64,000 nt of DNA from contig JBBIJY010000001.1 of the NCBI GenBank assembly GCA_037445735.1, forward strand, positions 133,987-197,986, read 5' to 3'. A program made the position numbers and the translations under genes. Below are positions 62,711 through 64,000 of the stretch, one piece after another. Positions within the stretch are counted from its first letter, which is position 1; each line of letters starts with the position of its first letter. Origin of the DNA: Armatimonadota bacterium (lineage in GTDB: Bacteria; Armatimonadota; Fimbriimonadia; Fimbriimonadales; GBS-DC). Under the pieces are notes generated by a model, which worked only from the letters and a program-made list of their open reading frames with translations, ran no database searches and was not told where the DNA came from.

Positions 62711-63790
62711 TCAGCCGACGCGGCGGCAGCGCAGGTAGAGGGCGCTGCCGCCCACCATCACTATCAGGATAGTAACGGCGCCCGGTTCAGGCACGCCGTC
62801 GCCGCCCCAGTTGCTGCCCGCACCCCAGCGGTCGATCCGAACCCGCAAAAACACAGGCGCATGATCGGAGGCGTTCGGGCTGTCGTTAATATCAAACCCC
62901 TCGGGCAGCATGCCCTCTGGAAAACGGCGCGTGTTAAATAAAATCGCCTCCAGCACGGTGAGCCGATCGCGTCCGAACTCTACCTCTGAAGTGAGCAGGT
63001 AATCGAACCGATTGCGCAGGTCAGAGTTGCGCGTGCTGACTTTATAGGTGCGCTTGCCGTCCAGCGCGTCGACAGGCATATGGTCGCGCAGGCGAGCCGA
63101 CTTAACGGTGCTGATGGGCGCGTAGGTGCGTCCGTCGGGCAGCGTGCCACCGATATCGAACAGCGAGTTCAGGTCGGGGTCTTCGTTCTCGTTCAGGTCA
63201 CCGCCCAGCACATAGGCGGAGCGTCGGTGCTGGAGCCGCCACTGGCGCACCTCGTCGCGCGTGCGCTCGGCGTTCGTCTGGCGTTTGACCGCATCGTTGG
63301 TGTAGCCGCCCGCCTTGAAGTGCGCCCCAAAGATGCCCAGTCCGTTCGTGCCCGGCACATCCACCCAGCCGATGGTCAGCCCCCGATTGGGCGAGCCGAT
63401 GTTCACATCGCCAATCTCCAGAAACCGATAACGGCTGATAACGGCGGAACTGATCCAGCCGTCGCTGTTGCGGTTCACATAAACATAAAAGTTGACGCCA
63501 GGCTGCGGATTGGCGCCATAGCAGGTGAGATGGGTCTGCACGAAGCTGATAAGCGCAGCTTCCTGTGCAACAGGGTCCCAGCCCGAATTGTTGCCACCCA
63601 CCTCGTGCAGAAGCCAGATGTCGGGGCGGAGATAGTTGGCGATTCTGGCGACATAGGGTTGCGCTGCGCTGTTGGGTTCGTTCGCGCCGATTGCCCGCCC
63701 GATGTTCCAGCTCAGAATGCGCAACTCTGTCGCCCACGCGCCCGTTAGAAGCCAGCCGAGCGCCAGCACCACACCAAATCTCGCTTTCAT
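62711..63790 (-). CDS. Secreted endonuclease/exonuclease/phosphatase (EEP) family protein with PEP-CTERM
   Basis: SWNI, L.E, HFK, GDLN, RFDY, SDH.PV; VPEP-TM-RR tail. Confidence 0.88.
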   Translation of the reverse strand: MKARFGVVLALGWLLTGAWATELRILSWNIGRAIGANEPNSAAQPYVARIANYLRPDIWLLHEVGGNNSGWDPVAQEAALISFVQTHLTCYGANPQPGVNFYVYVNRNSDGWISSAVISRYRFLEIGDVNIGSPNRGLTIGWVDVPGTNGLGIFGAHFKAGGYTNDAVKRQTNAERTRDEVRQWRLQHRRSAYVLGGDLNENEDPDLNSLFDIGGTLPDGRTYAPISTVKSARLRDHMPVDALDGKRTYKVSTRNSDLRNRFDYLLTSEVEFGRDRLTVLEAILFNTRRFPEGMLPEGFDINDSPNASDHAPVFLRVRIDRWGAGSNWGGDGVPEPGAVTILIVMVGGSALYLRCRRVG

Positions 63791-63980
63791 ACCACCCTAT
63801 TATAGCCCATACGCCCCTGAAAGGGATGGTCATCGCGGTCAAACAGCACAACAGGCTCCACCACCCCCCTGCAAGCAACATAGCCGACACATCTGCTTCA
63901 GGCGAATGGCAGCAAATACCCACAAAAAGCAGGAATCCTTTCGCAGCCCGCGAATCTTATCAACCCGAAGGAGGACAACG

Positions 63981-64000
63981 ATGGCAGCACCGTTGCTGAC
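63981..64000 (+). CDS. Start of a CDS running off the window edge
   Basis: AAGGAGG RBS followed by ATG GCA GCA CCG TTG CTG. Confidence 0.5.

Overview
A GC-rich bacterial chromosomal segment, mostly housekeeping. DUF1559-type prepilins, PEP-CTERM proteins and 'DDADLLxVLFxFG' dockerin-like tails suggest Armatimonadota (inference). Core genes: dnaK-dnaJ, pilB/gspE-pilC/gspF, ccmAB, an Rrf2 regulator, glyS, apgM, truB, nrnA, trmB, ltaE, csaB, ahcY, hutI, a cyanophycinase, der, tRNA-Arg(CCG), mqnE, acpS, purN and a 2-oxoacid dehydrogenase E1a/E1b/E2 set. Two methyltransferase + nuclease pairs, each with AT-rich nuclease sequence, sit in line inside housekeeping gene runs. Most interesting items: (1) an apparently domesticated IS200/IS605 TnpA that has lost its HUH and catalytic Tyr residues, is fused to a sigma70 region-4 domain with an altered recognition helix, and is coupled to a HIT gene; (2) a DUF2946-like CxxC/RAPP leader peptide plus structured RNA ahead of two paralogous His-motif surface proteins and a prepilin; (3) a small basic protein resembling archaeal CC1 chromatin protein; (4) a MITE family carrying REP-like double hairpins; (5) many GG-TAnnnT -10 boxes 5-10 nt before start codons, suggesting leaderless mRNAs; (6) a HAIR-like operator over the dnaK promoter. 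All family calls come from motif recognition by eye; no database search was run.
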